Assembly (NCBI GenBank): GCA_964468255.1 | Contig: CAYXTB010000003.1 | Span: 1 to 40,675 of the forward strand | Reading direction: 5' to 3' | DNA from: Candidatus Woesearchaeota archaeon | GTDB lineage: Archaea > Nanobdellota > Nanobdellia > Pacearchaeales > GW2011-AR1 | DNA: 40,675 nt | Shown: positions 1-8,254 of the stretch, piece after piece | How the letters are laid out: every line of letters begins with the position of its first letter | Position numbering within the stretch: position 1 is the stretch's first letter | The notes under the pieces: generated by a model | Database searches by the model: none | The model's input: only the letters and a program-made list of their open reading frames with translations | Told to the model about the DNA's origin: nothing | Made by a program: the position numbers and the translations under genes

Positions 1-1425
1 GTTGATAATTCAAGTAATATAGGATTTAATGCGACTAATTTTAGCTTTGAATTTAAATCTGGAAATACTGCGCCGCAGATAATTATTGTATCTAATATAA
101 CGAGCCAATCTCCTACGGAGAATGGTGTTACAAGTATTGTTGTCAATTTCACGGTAAATGACACTGATGGGTTTGGCAATATAAAGAATTCCAGTGCACT
201 AGTTAATTTGTCTTTTGCTGGAGAACCATTAAGACAAAACTCTACTTGTATCAGAATAGTTGATTATGCTGTGACAAATGCCAACTTTTCATGCACAATA
301 GGGCTTCAATATTTTGATGCTTCTGCAAGCTGGAATATAACTGCTGCTATAAATGACACTGCTAACTCTATTGCTTATAATACTTCAATGACATTTGCAT
401 ATACGCAGCTTTCTGCGTTTGTAAGCAGCCCCGGCTCTTTGACATTTGCGTCTTTGAGCCCTGCAGCTATAAATCAAACAGCAACAAATGACCCTATCTT
501 ATTGAATAATACTGGAAATAAAGCGATTACCGCAGGAAATTTGCAGGTAAATTCAACTAATTTAGTTGGAGAAATTGACAGCACTAAGGCTATTTATGCT
601 GCGAATATAAGCGTTGGAGTTAATACTGTAGGCAATGCTGAATGTGATACTTCCCCTGGAGCTAATAATGCAAGCCTCATGCAGAGATTTGTATTTCAGG
701 CGATAAATCAATCTGTCCTTCCAGTGTATAATCATACTTTTAATAACGGCTCATCTGGGCAGGAACAGTTTTACTTTTGCATAAGGCTTGTTGGAGCAGA
801 ATTGACTGGACAGTCTTATTCAACGCTCTCGGAAGGGTCATGGACTATAAAAATATTAGTTGCAGGACTCTTGGTAAGCAGAATAAAAAAGAGAAAGAAG
901 AGAATAAAAGATGACAAGCTTCTTAATGCGTTAAATATAATCATCGAAGAAATTAAAGAAAAATATGGACTAAATGAAAAAGAAGTAGCTGAACTTGTTT
1001 TAAGAAAAGAGCATCAAATTGAAGAGGTTGAAGATAAAAAAGAGCAGGCAATTCCTACCGCCATATTTTCCAAAAAGTTAGGAGGGCTAGAAGCATTATG
1101 CAAATATCTGAAAGAAAATAAGAAGATGAGATTTAGCGAGATTGCAAAAATATTGAATAGGGATGACAGAACTATCTGGACTGCATATAATAAGGCAAGA
1201 AAGAAAATGAAAGAGCCTATAAAAGAAAGAAAGGAAGATATTTTATTGCCACTGGAAATATTCGCTAAGAAAGAGCTAACAATCTTGGAAACTGCTATTT
1301 TACATTTGAAAGAAAGAAAGATTAGATTTAGCGAGATTGCAAAAATATTGAATAGAGACCCTAGAAACATATGGACTATTTACTCTAGAGTGATAAGAAA
1401 GAACTCTGCAAAGAAAGGATACTAA
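1..1425 (+). CDS. 5'-truncated surface protein: beta-rich extracellular domain, short hydrophobic/basic linker, C-terminal tandem HTH (sigma-70 region 4-like)
   Basis: Frame 1 is open from base 1 (VDNSSNIGFNATNF...), so the 208 start is internal. Many N-x-S/T sequons, linker KILVAGLLVSRIKKRKKR, and two repeats RFSEIAKILNRDxRxIWTxY. Confidence 0.8.
   Translation, partial: VDNSSNIGFNATNFSFEFKSGNTAPQIIIVSNITSQSPTENGVTSIVVNFTVNDTDGFGNIKNSSALVNLSFAGEPLRQNSTCIRIVDYAVTNANFSCTIGLQYFDASASWNITAAINDTANSIAYNTSMTFAYTQLSAFVSSPGSLTFASLSPAAINQTATNDPILLNNTGNKAITAGNLQVNSTNLVGEIDSTKAIYAANISVGVNTVGNAECDTSPGANNASLMQRFVFQAINQSVLPVYNHTFNNGSSGQEQFYFCIRLVGAELTGQSYSTLSEGSWTIKILVAGLLVSRIKKRKKRIKDDKLLNALNIIIEEIKEKYGLNEKEVAELVLRKEHQIEEVEDKKEQAIPTAIFSKKLGGLEALCKYLKENKKMRFSEIAKILNRDDRTIWTAYNKARKKMKEPIKERKEDILLPLEIFAKKELTILETAILHLKERKIRFSEIAKILNRDPRNIWTIYSRVIRKNSAKKGY
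80..813 (+). repeat. 734-bp direct repeat, copy 1
   Basis: Identical by eye to 1662-2395 (offset 1582). Confidence 0.95.
1129..1355 (+). repeat. 32-bp identical repeat in the two HTH motifs (1129-1160, 1324-1355)
   Basis: agatttagcgagattgcaaaaatattgaatag occurs twice. Confidence 0.9.
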
Positions 1426-1489
1426 TATTTAAATATCTAAATTAACTTGAAAATTGAAGAAATGAGAAGGTTTAATAAAGAGAGTAAAT

Positions 1490-2443
1490 ATGGATAGCTA
1501 CAAAAAATCGGGTGCATTTATCATAATGCTAATATTTGCTATATTACTTGCAAGCTCTCTTGTGTCTTCTGGATTTTCTGAATGGTATAAATCAATAACA
1601 GGAGAGGCAACGACTTCAAGCGTAACAATTAATGTTACTATAGCCAATACTGCCCCAAAAGTAATTATTGTATCTAATATAACGAGCCAATCTCCTACGG
1701 AGAATGGTGTTACAAGTATTGTTGTCAATTTCACGGTAAATGACACTGATGGGTTTGGCAATATAAAGAATTCCAGTGCACTAGTTAATTTGTCTTTTGC
1801 TGGAGAACCATTAAGACAAAACTCTACTTGTATCAGAATAGTTGATTATGCTGTGACAAATGCCAACTTTTCATGCACAATAGGGCTTCAATATTTTGAT
1901 GCTTCTGCAAGCTGGAATATAACTGCTGCTATAAATGACACTGCTAACTCTATTGCTTATAATACTTCAATGACATTTGCATATACGCAGCTTTCTGCGT
2001 TTGTAAGCAGCCCCGGCTCTTTGACATTTGCGTCTTTGAGCCCTGCAGCTATAAATCAAACAGCAACAAATGACCCTATCTTATTGAATAATACTGGAAA
2101 TAAAGCGATTACCGCAGGAAATTTGCAGGTAAATTCAACTAATTTAGTTGGAGAAATTGACAGCACTAAGGCTATTTATGCTGCGAATATAAGCGTTGGA
2201 GTTAATACTGTAGGCAATGCTGAATGTGATACTTCCCCTGGAGCTAATAATGCAAGCCTCATGCAGAGATTTGTATTTCAGGCGATAAATCAATCTGTCC
2301 TTCCAGTGTATAATCATACTTTTAATAACGGCTCATCTGGGCAGGAACAGTTTTACTTTTGCATAAGGCTTGTTGGAGCAGAATTGACTGGACAGGCTTA
2401 TTCAACTTTAAGTGAAAGCGCGTGGACGGTGAAAATAGTTTAA
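1490..2443 (+). CDS. Secreted beta-rich glycoprotein, candidate fibre/S-layer-type subunit
   Basis: Signal peptide, ITGEAT motif, alternating strand SVTINVTI, many sequons, 4 Cys, no C-terminal anchor. Confidence 0.8.
   Translation: MDSYKKSGAFIIMLIFAILLASSLVSSGFSEWYKSITGEATTSSVTINVTIANTAPKVIIVSNITSQSPTENGVTSIVVNFTVNDTDGFGNIKNSSALVNLSFAGEPLRQNSTCIRIVDYAVTNANFSCTIGLQYFDASASWNITAAINDTANSIAYNTSMTFAYTQLSAFVSSPGSLTFASLSPAAINQTATNDPILLNNTGNKAITAGNLQVNSTNLVGEIDSTKAIYAANISVGVNTVGNAECDTSPGANNASLMQRFVFQAINQSVLPVYNHTFNNGSSGQEQFYFCIRLVGAELTGQAYSTLSESAWTVKIV
1662..2395 (+). repeat. 734-bp direct repeat, copy 2
   Basis: Identical by eye to 80-813; flanks are homologous but diverged. Confidence 0.95.
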
Positions 2444-2444
2444 A

Positions 2445-3035
2445 ATGAAAAAACAAATAACATTAATATGTTTTGGAATGATTGGCCTTATGCTTATGCT
2501 GGCAGGAGTCCTTGCAGCAGGAGTCTCGTCAGAATATTGGAATGGACAAAATGAAAGGCCTCTTTATTTGAAAGCTGGGCAAAAAACAACAATTTATATG
2601 GAACTGCAGAATATGGTTGGTGAGCAAAATTTAACATTCCAAGCAAGCATAATCAACGGGAGTTCGTTGGCAAGAATAACAGATTTAAGTGATATTTATT
2701 CCGTGCCATTTGGGAAGAAAGATGTAAAAGTAAATATGCAAGTGACTGCTCCTGAAGATGCGAAGCTTGGGCAAAGATACAATATAGGCCTGGCATTTAC
2801 GACAGTTGATACTCAACAGGGCTCTGGCCAATTCATATTTGGAAGCGCCTTTGACAAATATTTTGATGTCGTCATAATAGAAGAGCCAAAAGAAAGCCAA
2901 CTGACAGGCGAAGGACAGAATAGAAACTGGCTTTATATCATAATAGCTCTGGCAGTTATAATCGGGATAATATTGCTGCTAAGAAAAGCAGGGAAAAGCC
3001 AGAAAAATAACGAAAAGCAAGTCTTAAATAGATAG
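2445..3035 (+). CDS. Membrane-anchored single Ig-like-domain protein
   Basis: Signal peptide, beta-rich core (VTAPEDAKLGQRYNI), C-terminal TM and basic tail. Confidence 0.75.
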   Translation: MKKQITLICFGMIGLMLMLAGVLAAGVSSEYWNGQNERPLYLKAGQKTTIYMELQNMVGEQNLTFQASIINGSSLARITDLSDIYSVPFGKKDVKVNMQVTAPEDAKLGQRYNIGLAFTTVDTQQGSGQFIFGSAFDKYFDVVIIEEPKESQLTGEGQNRNWLYIIIALAVIIGIILLLRKAGKSQKNNEKQVLNR

Positions 3036-3051
3036 TGAAATTTATTCTTGG

Positions 3052-4755
3052 ATGATAAAAAGAGGTGTTTTTTTAGTGCTCGCTTTTGCTGTTTTTTTTG
3101 CCTTTTTTATTGCTAATGCAAACGCATTGGAATCTGGAGTGACAGGAAAAGCGACAAGCTCTTCTTTGTCTTTGAATGTATCGGTGCAAGTTGTTGTGTC
3201 TTTAGCTTCATTAACAATAATCGGCCCACAAAATTACACTTATATTACAAATGATTCCCTTCTATTAAATTTTACAAAGGCTAATGCCAGCTATGTATGG
3301 TATAATATTGATAACGGACAGAATACGACTTTAAGCAATAATTATACTTATTTTAATACAACAATTGGAGGGCATACTTTGTTTCTTCATGCCAATAATA
3401 CTGACGGAAATGTTACTTCAAGAAATATTAGTTTTGCGATAAATACCACAAGATTCATTATAAACTTCAGCGAATATCAAGGACCTAACGAACACGATTC
3501 AACTGACTTTGATTTATTCGCATTTGAAGAGCTTGATAATATGAGTAATATTATTTTAGAAGATATTAGTAAAGGAATGATGCAATTTTATCTTGTTATT
3601 AATTTAACTGCAATAAATTCCAGCATTTTAAACATTAATTCTCATACAAACATATCTTTTAACAGGGTTGAATTGAACGCGAGCGCCATTTCAATCTTTA
3701 ATGTCTCAGCAACCATTAAAATTTACAATCTAACTTTTTCGGATCCGAGAATCTTAAAGGACGGAGCAGTATGCTCTTCAAATATTTGCACTGAGGAAAG
3801 CTATTCTTCTGGAACTTTTACTTTTAATGTTACTGGCTTTTCTGTTTATTCTGCAGAAGAAACTCCGGGCGGAGGCGGCAGTGGAAGCAGTGGAGGTGGG
3901 GGAGGGGGAAGAAGCGGAGGAGAAATATCCAAAACTATCACGCAGGAAAAAACTTCGGCATTGATTGATATAAACCCTGATAAGATAATCATATCGTTTA
4001 AAATAGGAGAGACTCAAACAAAAGAATTAATTTTAAAAAATGTCGAGCAAAAAAGAATAACATTAAATCTGGAAATAAATAATCTTGACAATATAGCTGA
4101 ACTAAGAGAAGAAAGCATTACTTTAGAGGCAGGAGAAAGCAAGCATATATTGATTGATTTTATTGCAAGAGAAGACCAAATACCCGATACTTATATCGGA
4201 AAAATTGTCATAAAAGGAGATGAAATAGAAGAAGAAATCTTGGTTTTGGTTGATATATCGTCAAAGAAATCATTGTTTGATGTCAGCGTTAATATCCCTA
4301 TAAAATATCAATCAATTGAGCCAGGAGATGAATTAGTTGCAAATATAAATCTTTTTAGCCTTGGAAGAGACGGCAAAGTTGATGTGATAATCAGATATTT
4401 CATAAAAAATGATGAGGATGAAATAATTTTAAGCGATGAAGAAACTGTGGCTGTTGAAACACAGCTAGACCTCTTGAAGCTCATTAAGATTCCCGACTAT
4501 TTAGAGGAAGGAGATTATGTACTTTATGTTAAAGTTTTGTATGAAGGAGAAGTGGCTGTTTCAAGCACAACATTTTTTGTAAAAAAAACTGAAATTAAAA
4601 CAGAGAGTATTATACTCTATGTCCTAATCGGGCTGGTGGCGGTTATTACCATGATAATATTTTATCATTTAAAAAATACTAGAAAACACCCAAAGTTCAA
4701 TTGGAAAATAAATGAAACAATTTTGGCAAGAACTGGTTTTCTTAAAGTTAGATAG
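3052..4755 (+). CDS. Multi-domain membrane-anchored surface protein with Gly-rich linker
   Basis: Signal peptide, VTGKAT motif, sequon-rich N-half, PGGGGSGSSGGGGGG linker, Ig-like C-half, C-terminal TM. Confidence 0.8.
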   Translation: MIKRGVFLVLAFAVFFAFFIANANALESGVTGKATSSSLSLNVSVQVVVSLASLTIIGPQNYTYITNDSLLLNFTKANASYVWYNIDNGQNTTLSNNYTYFNTTIGGHTLFLHANNTDGNVTSRNISFAINTTRFIINFSEYQGPNEHDSTDFDLFAFEELDNMSNIILEDISKGMMQFYLVINLTAINSSILNINSHTNISFNRVELNASAISIFNVSATIKIYNLTFSDPRILKDGAVCSSNICTEESYSSGTFTFNVTGFSVYSAEETPGGGGSGSSGGGGGGRSGGEISKTITQEKTSALIDINPDKIIISFKIGETQTKELILKNVEQKRITLNLEINNLDNIAELREESITLEAGESKHILIDFIAREDQIPDTYIGKIVIKGDEIEEEILVLVDISSKKSLFDVSVNIPIKYQSIEPGDELVANINLFSLGRDGKVDVIIRYFIKNDEDEIILSDEETVAVETQLDLLKLIKIPDYLEEGDYVLYVKVLYEGEVAVSSTTFFVKKTEIKTESIILYVLIGLVAVITMIIFYHLKNTRKHPKFNWKINETILARTGFLKVR

Positions 4756-4800
4756 ATTATTAAATAATATTCTTGTAATCATAGTATAGACTGTACTAAA

Positions 4801-5148
4801 ATGGTAGAAACATCAATTGTGATAAGAATATTGACTTACGTGGCGGGATTTATTGCCATATTAATATCTCTCTTAGTAATGGTAAAGTGTTTGGGCAGAT
4901 TGAGAAGGGCAATTTTATATCTTACACTTGCTATCCTTCTTTTTGTAATAAAAAAGGCTTTTGTTTTATTAATTGTTAAGGAAAAATTAGTAGAAATTGC
5001 CGATTTATGGATTGATTTTGGGATTGTCTTACTTTTGCTGCTTTCTGTCTATTCAATGAAGAAAATGATATACTTAATTAATAACAGAATTAGGAGTGGC
5101 AACGGAGAGGGATTTACTAGGAAGCCTGATATAAAGACATATAACTAA
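4801..5148 (+). CDS. Small membrane protein (about 3 TM)
   Basis: Three hydrophobic stretches; TATA-like sequence upstream. Confidence 0.6.
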   Translation: MVETSIVIRILTYVAGFIAILISLLVMVKCLGRLRRAILYLTLAILLFVIKKAFVLLIVKEKLVEIADLWIDFGIVLLLLLSVYSMKKMIYLINNRIRSGNGEGFTRKPDIKTYN

Positions 5149-5150
5149 AA

Positions 5151-5291
5151 ATGATTGTTGATTTGAAGGCTTCTAAAGCGCATCTAACACGAGAAGGACA
5201 AGATATGATACTAAGTTTAGCTCGTCAAATGAATAGTTGTGAGAGGGAAAAATTTCACGTTAAGCTGGTAACCGAATATCTATTAAAATAG
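5151..5291 (+). pseudogene. 46-aa ORF resembling the C-terminal tail of LAGLIDADG endonucleases
   Basis: Manual translation MIVDLKASKAHLTREGQDMILSLARQMN... fits the HLTxEGxxxIxxLxxxMN pattern. Confidence 0.3.
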
Positions 5292-5456
5292 CCGAATAAA
5301 TGGATAATTCCATATTGCTCTACTTATTCGGTTTTCCCCTCTCTTCCCTGAAGCTGCTCCTGATTTTAAGCAGTTTCTGCTTTTGATAATAAAATCATGA
5401 AAAAACGGACAATTTATATAATCTACTATCTTAAAAGGTATATAAAAGGAGTAAAA

Positions 5457-5690
5457 ATGCCAGTTATAGTTTATTCAACTGAGTGGTGTCCGTGGTGTGA
5501 GAAAACTCGGGAATTTTTTAAAAAGTATAAAATTAAATTTAAAAATGCGGATGTGGGAGTGAATGTAAAAGCCGCCCAGGAGATGGTAAAGAAAACAGGG
5601 CAGCAGGGAGTTCCAGTAATTGATGTAAATGGGAATATTGTTATTGGATATGATGAAGATAAGCTCAAGAAACTGCTTAAGATAAAATAA
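5457..5690 (+). CDS. Glutaredoxin/NrdH-redoxin family protein
   Basis: VYSTEWCPWC, GQQGVPVI, GYDE motifs; start reassigned to ATG 5457. Confidence 0.92.
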   Translation: MPVIVYSTEWCPWCEKTREFFKKYKIKFKNADVGVNVKAAQEMVKKTGQQGVPVIDVNGNIVIGYDEDKLKKLLKIK

Positions 5691-7144
5691 TGAAAAAATG
5701 CAAAAATTACATCAATGGCTCTTGGATTTCCTTTTCTAATAAAAAAATAGATGTAATTGATCCTTATACTGAAAAAAAGATAGCAGAAATAATAGAGTCT
5801 GATATTAAAGACGTAAATGCTGCTGTTGAAGCAGCTAGAAATGCTTTTGAAAAGTGGAAAAATACAACACCGAGAGAAAGAGCTTCTTTGCTCTTAAAAT
5901 TAGCTGATTTAATTGAAAAAGAAAAAAATAAATTAGCAGAACTAGAATCTGGAAATCAAGGCAAGACAATAGCATTAGCAGAAGCTGATATTGAATTTGG
6001 AATTGATAATATAAGATTTTATTCTGGAGCATGCAGGACTTTATCTTCACAAACAGCAGGAAGTTATATTGATACTCATAGGCATAAGAAACATAGGGCA
6101 TTAGGAACTTCAGTATTGAAAAGAGAGCCAATTGGAGTTGTTGCTTCTATAACGCCTTGGAATTATCCGTTTATGACGGCTTGCTGGAAGCTCGCTGCTG
6201 TTGCAGCAGGAAATACAATAATCTTAAAGCCTTCTTCCCTTACTCCTTTAACAACTTTGGAACTGGCAAATTTAGCTGAAAAAGCAGGTTTTCCATCTGG
6301 AGTAATAAATGTTTTAACTGGAACAGGAGAGAAAGTTGGCAGATTATTAGCAAGCCATGAAGGAATTGACGTCATTGCATTGACTGGAAATACAGAGACT
6401 GGAAAAGAAATTTTGTCTTTAGCTTCTAAAAATTTAAAAAAGGTTCATTTAGAATTGGGGGGCAAAGCGCCTTTTATTGTTTTTGCTGACGCTGAATTAG
6501 AAAGAGCTGCAAGATATGCAGTAGAATCCAGTATTATTAATTCTGGGCAGGATTGCACTGCTGTATCCAGAATTTATGTCCAAGATGTCATTTACGAAAA
6601 ATTTATTTCTCTTGTAAGAAAAGAAGCTGAGAAAATTAATTTGGGAGATCCTAGAAAAGCAGCAACTAATATAGGACCTTTAATATCGAAAAAGCAAAAA
6701 GAAAAAGTGCAAGGTTTTATAAAAAACCTAAATAAGGGAGAGAAAATAGTCTTTCAGTCTGATGTGCCTAAAAAAGGCTTCTTTTTTCCTGTTACAATAA
6801 TTAGAGATATGGAACAGAAAGGCAATTTATGCCAAAAGGAAATTTTTGGACCTGTAATTGCATTAGCAAAATTCTCGACAGAAGAAGAAGCCATAAAGAA
6901 GGCAAATGATGTTGATTATGGTTTAGCAAGCAGCGTCTGGACAGAAAACGTGCAGAGAGCTTTTAGAGTTGCAAATGCCCTTCGCTTCGGAGAAGTCTGG
7001 ATAAATGACCATCTGCCTCTTGTGTCAGAGATGCCCCACGGAGGAACAAAACAAAGCGGGCATGGCAGGGATTTAGGAATTCAGAGCCTTGAAGAATACA
7101 CTTATTTAAAGCATATTTATGTCGGCTTAACCGGGGATAAATAA
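5690..7144 (+). CDS. NAD-dependent aldehyde dehydrogenase, aminobutyraldehyde DH (PatD/YdcW)-like
   Basis: PWNYP, LELGGKAP, NSGQDCTA, EIFGPV, SEMPHGG motifs. Confidence 0.9.
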   Translation: MKKCKNYINGSWISFSNKKIDVIDPYTEKKIAEIIESDIKDVNAAVEAARNAFEKWKNTTPRERASLLLKLADLIEKEKNKLAELESGNQGKTIALAEADIEFGIDNIRFYSGACRTLSSQTAGSYIDTHRHKKHRALGTSVLKREPIGVVASITPWNYPFMTACWKLAAVAAGNTIILKPSSLTPLTTLELANLAEKAGFPSGVINVLTGTGEKVGRLLASHEGIDVIALTGNTETGKEILSLASKNLKKVHLELGGKAPFIVFADAELERAARYAVESSIINSGQDCTAVSRIYVQDVIYEKFISLVRKEAEKINLGDPRKAATNIGPLISKKQKEKVQGFIKNLNKGEKIVFQSDVPKKGFFFPVTIIRDMEQKGNLCQKEIFGPVIALAKFSTEEEAIKKANDVDYGLASSVWTENVQRAFRVANALRFGEVWINDHLPLVSEMPHGGTKQSGHGRDLGIQSLEEYTYLKHIYVGLTGDK

Positions 7145-7200
7145 TAGTCTGTTTATGAGCTTATTTCCTTTTATTTTGTATGACTATAATGTATAAAAAT

Positions 7201-7241
7201 AAAAAACAATTGTTTTTTGTAAAAAACAAAAGGTTTAAATA
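7201..7241 (+). promoter_or_regulatory. Candidate operator (three AAAAAACAA half-sites) next to the TATA box of the MNT-HEPN pair
   Basis: Perfect 18-bp palindrome 7201-7218, overlapping inverted repeat 7210-7229, TTTAAATA at 7234. Confidence 0.55.
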
Positions 7242-7263
7242 GATAAAAAATAATAACAATGGT

Positions 7264-7806
7264 ATGTACGAAAATATATTGCTAAAGACTGCGAGTTTCT
7301 TTATTGAGCATCCTTACAAAGAGATTTATCTGCGTGAGTTTGGAAAAAAATTAAAAATAAGCGTTTTTGCGGCAAAGAAATATTTAGATATGCTCCTAAA
7401 AGAGCAATTCATCAAAGAAGAAAGAAAAGCGAATCTTCGCTACTTTAAGGCAAATGTTGGCTCTTTATTTTATAAATATGAAAAAATCGCCTTTGCCATG
7501 AGAAAACTGCAAAAAGCAGAGCTCGTCGAATATATAATAAGCAAAGCAAATGCCTCATCAATTGTTCTGTTTGGCTCTGTTGCAAAAGGGGAAAATGAAG
7601 AAAAGAGTGATATTGATATAGTTATTATCGGAAACAATAAACTCATCAACTTTGAAGAGGTAGAAAAGAAAATTGGAGCCAAAATTAATGAACACCGATT
7701 TAAATGGAATGAATGGAAGCAAACTAGTGAGAAGAACAAGGCATTTTATTATGATGTAATCTCATATGGAATACCTATATATGGTGAACTGCCAATAGTA
7801 AAATAA
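7264..7806 (+). CDS. HTH plus minimal nucleotidyltransferase (MNT antitoxin)
   Basis: N-terminal wHTH (YLREFGKKLKIS); LFGSVAKGE...SDIDIVII. Confidence 0.88.
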   Translation: MYENILLKTASFFIEHPYKEIYLREFGKKLKISVFAAKKYLDMLLKEQFIKEERKANLRYFKANVGSLFYKYEKIAFAMRKLQKAELVEYIISKANASSIVLFGSVAKGENEEKSDIDIVIIGNNKLINFEEVEKKIGAKINEHRFKWNEWKQTSEKNKAFYYDVISYGIPIYGELPIVK

Positions 7807-7807
7807 G

Positions 7808-8254
7808 ATGGAAATAAAAACAGTTGCAGATTGCTTTAAATTCAGGATTTTAAGGAAAATAAAGCCAGATATTGAAAAAATGAATAAATCATTTGAAATT
7901 GCCAAGGCAAGGCTAAATGATGCTAAAAATATCCTAAAAATTGACAAGGAGATTGTATACCAACACGTAATAGTTGACTCTTATACTGCAATGTTTCATG
8001 CTACAAGAGCACTTTTATATAAAAATGGCGTTCAGGAAGAAAGCCATTTTGCTGTTTATATTTATTTAAAAGAAAATCATAGTAAAAATATGCCTTTGAA
8101 CATTATTAATCTTTTGAATATTTATAGAGTTGAGAGGCATGAAGCGCTTTATGGCTTAGATTATAAGCCGACAAAAGAAGATGCTAAGCAGGCAATAAGA
8201 GACGCAGAAGTATTTATCAAAGAAATAGACAAAATAATCAGGAGAGAAAAATGA
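7808..8254 (+). CDS. HEPN domain protein (putative toxin)
   Basis: YTAMFHATRALL, SH and RHEALY motifs; directly follows the MNT gene. Confidence 0.88.
   Translation: MEIKTVADCFKFRILRKIKPDIEKMNKSFEIAKARLNDAKNILKIDKEIVYQHVIVDSYTAMFHATRALLYKNGVQEESHFAVYIYLKENHSKNMPLNIINLLNIYRVERHEALYGLDYKPTKEDAKQAIRDAEVFIKEIDKIIRREK

Noticed and set aside
1425-1436. Palindrome atatttaaatat as the HTH operator
   Set aside because: All A/T and TATA-like; expected by chance.
80-2395. DGR template/variable repeat pair
   Set aside because: No adenine-specific mismatches were seen, the tract is far longer than a TR/VR, and there is no reverse transcriptase in the window.
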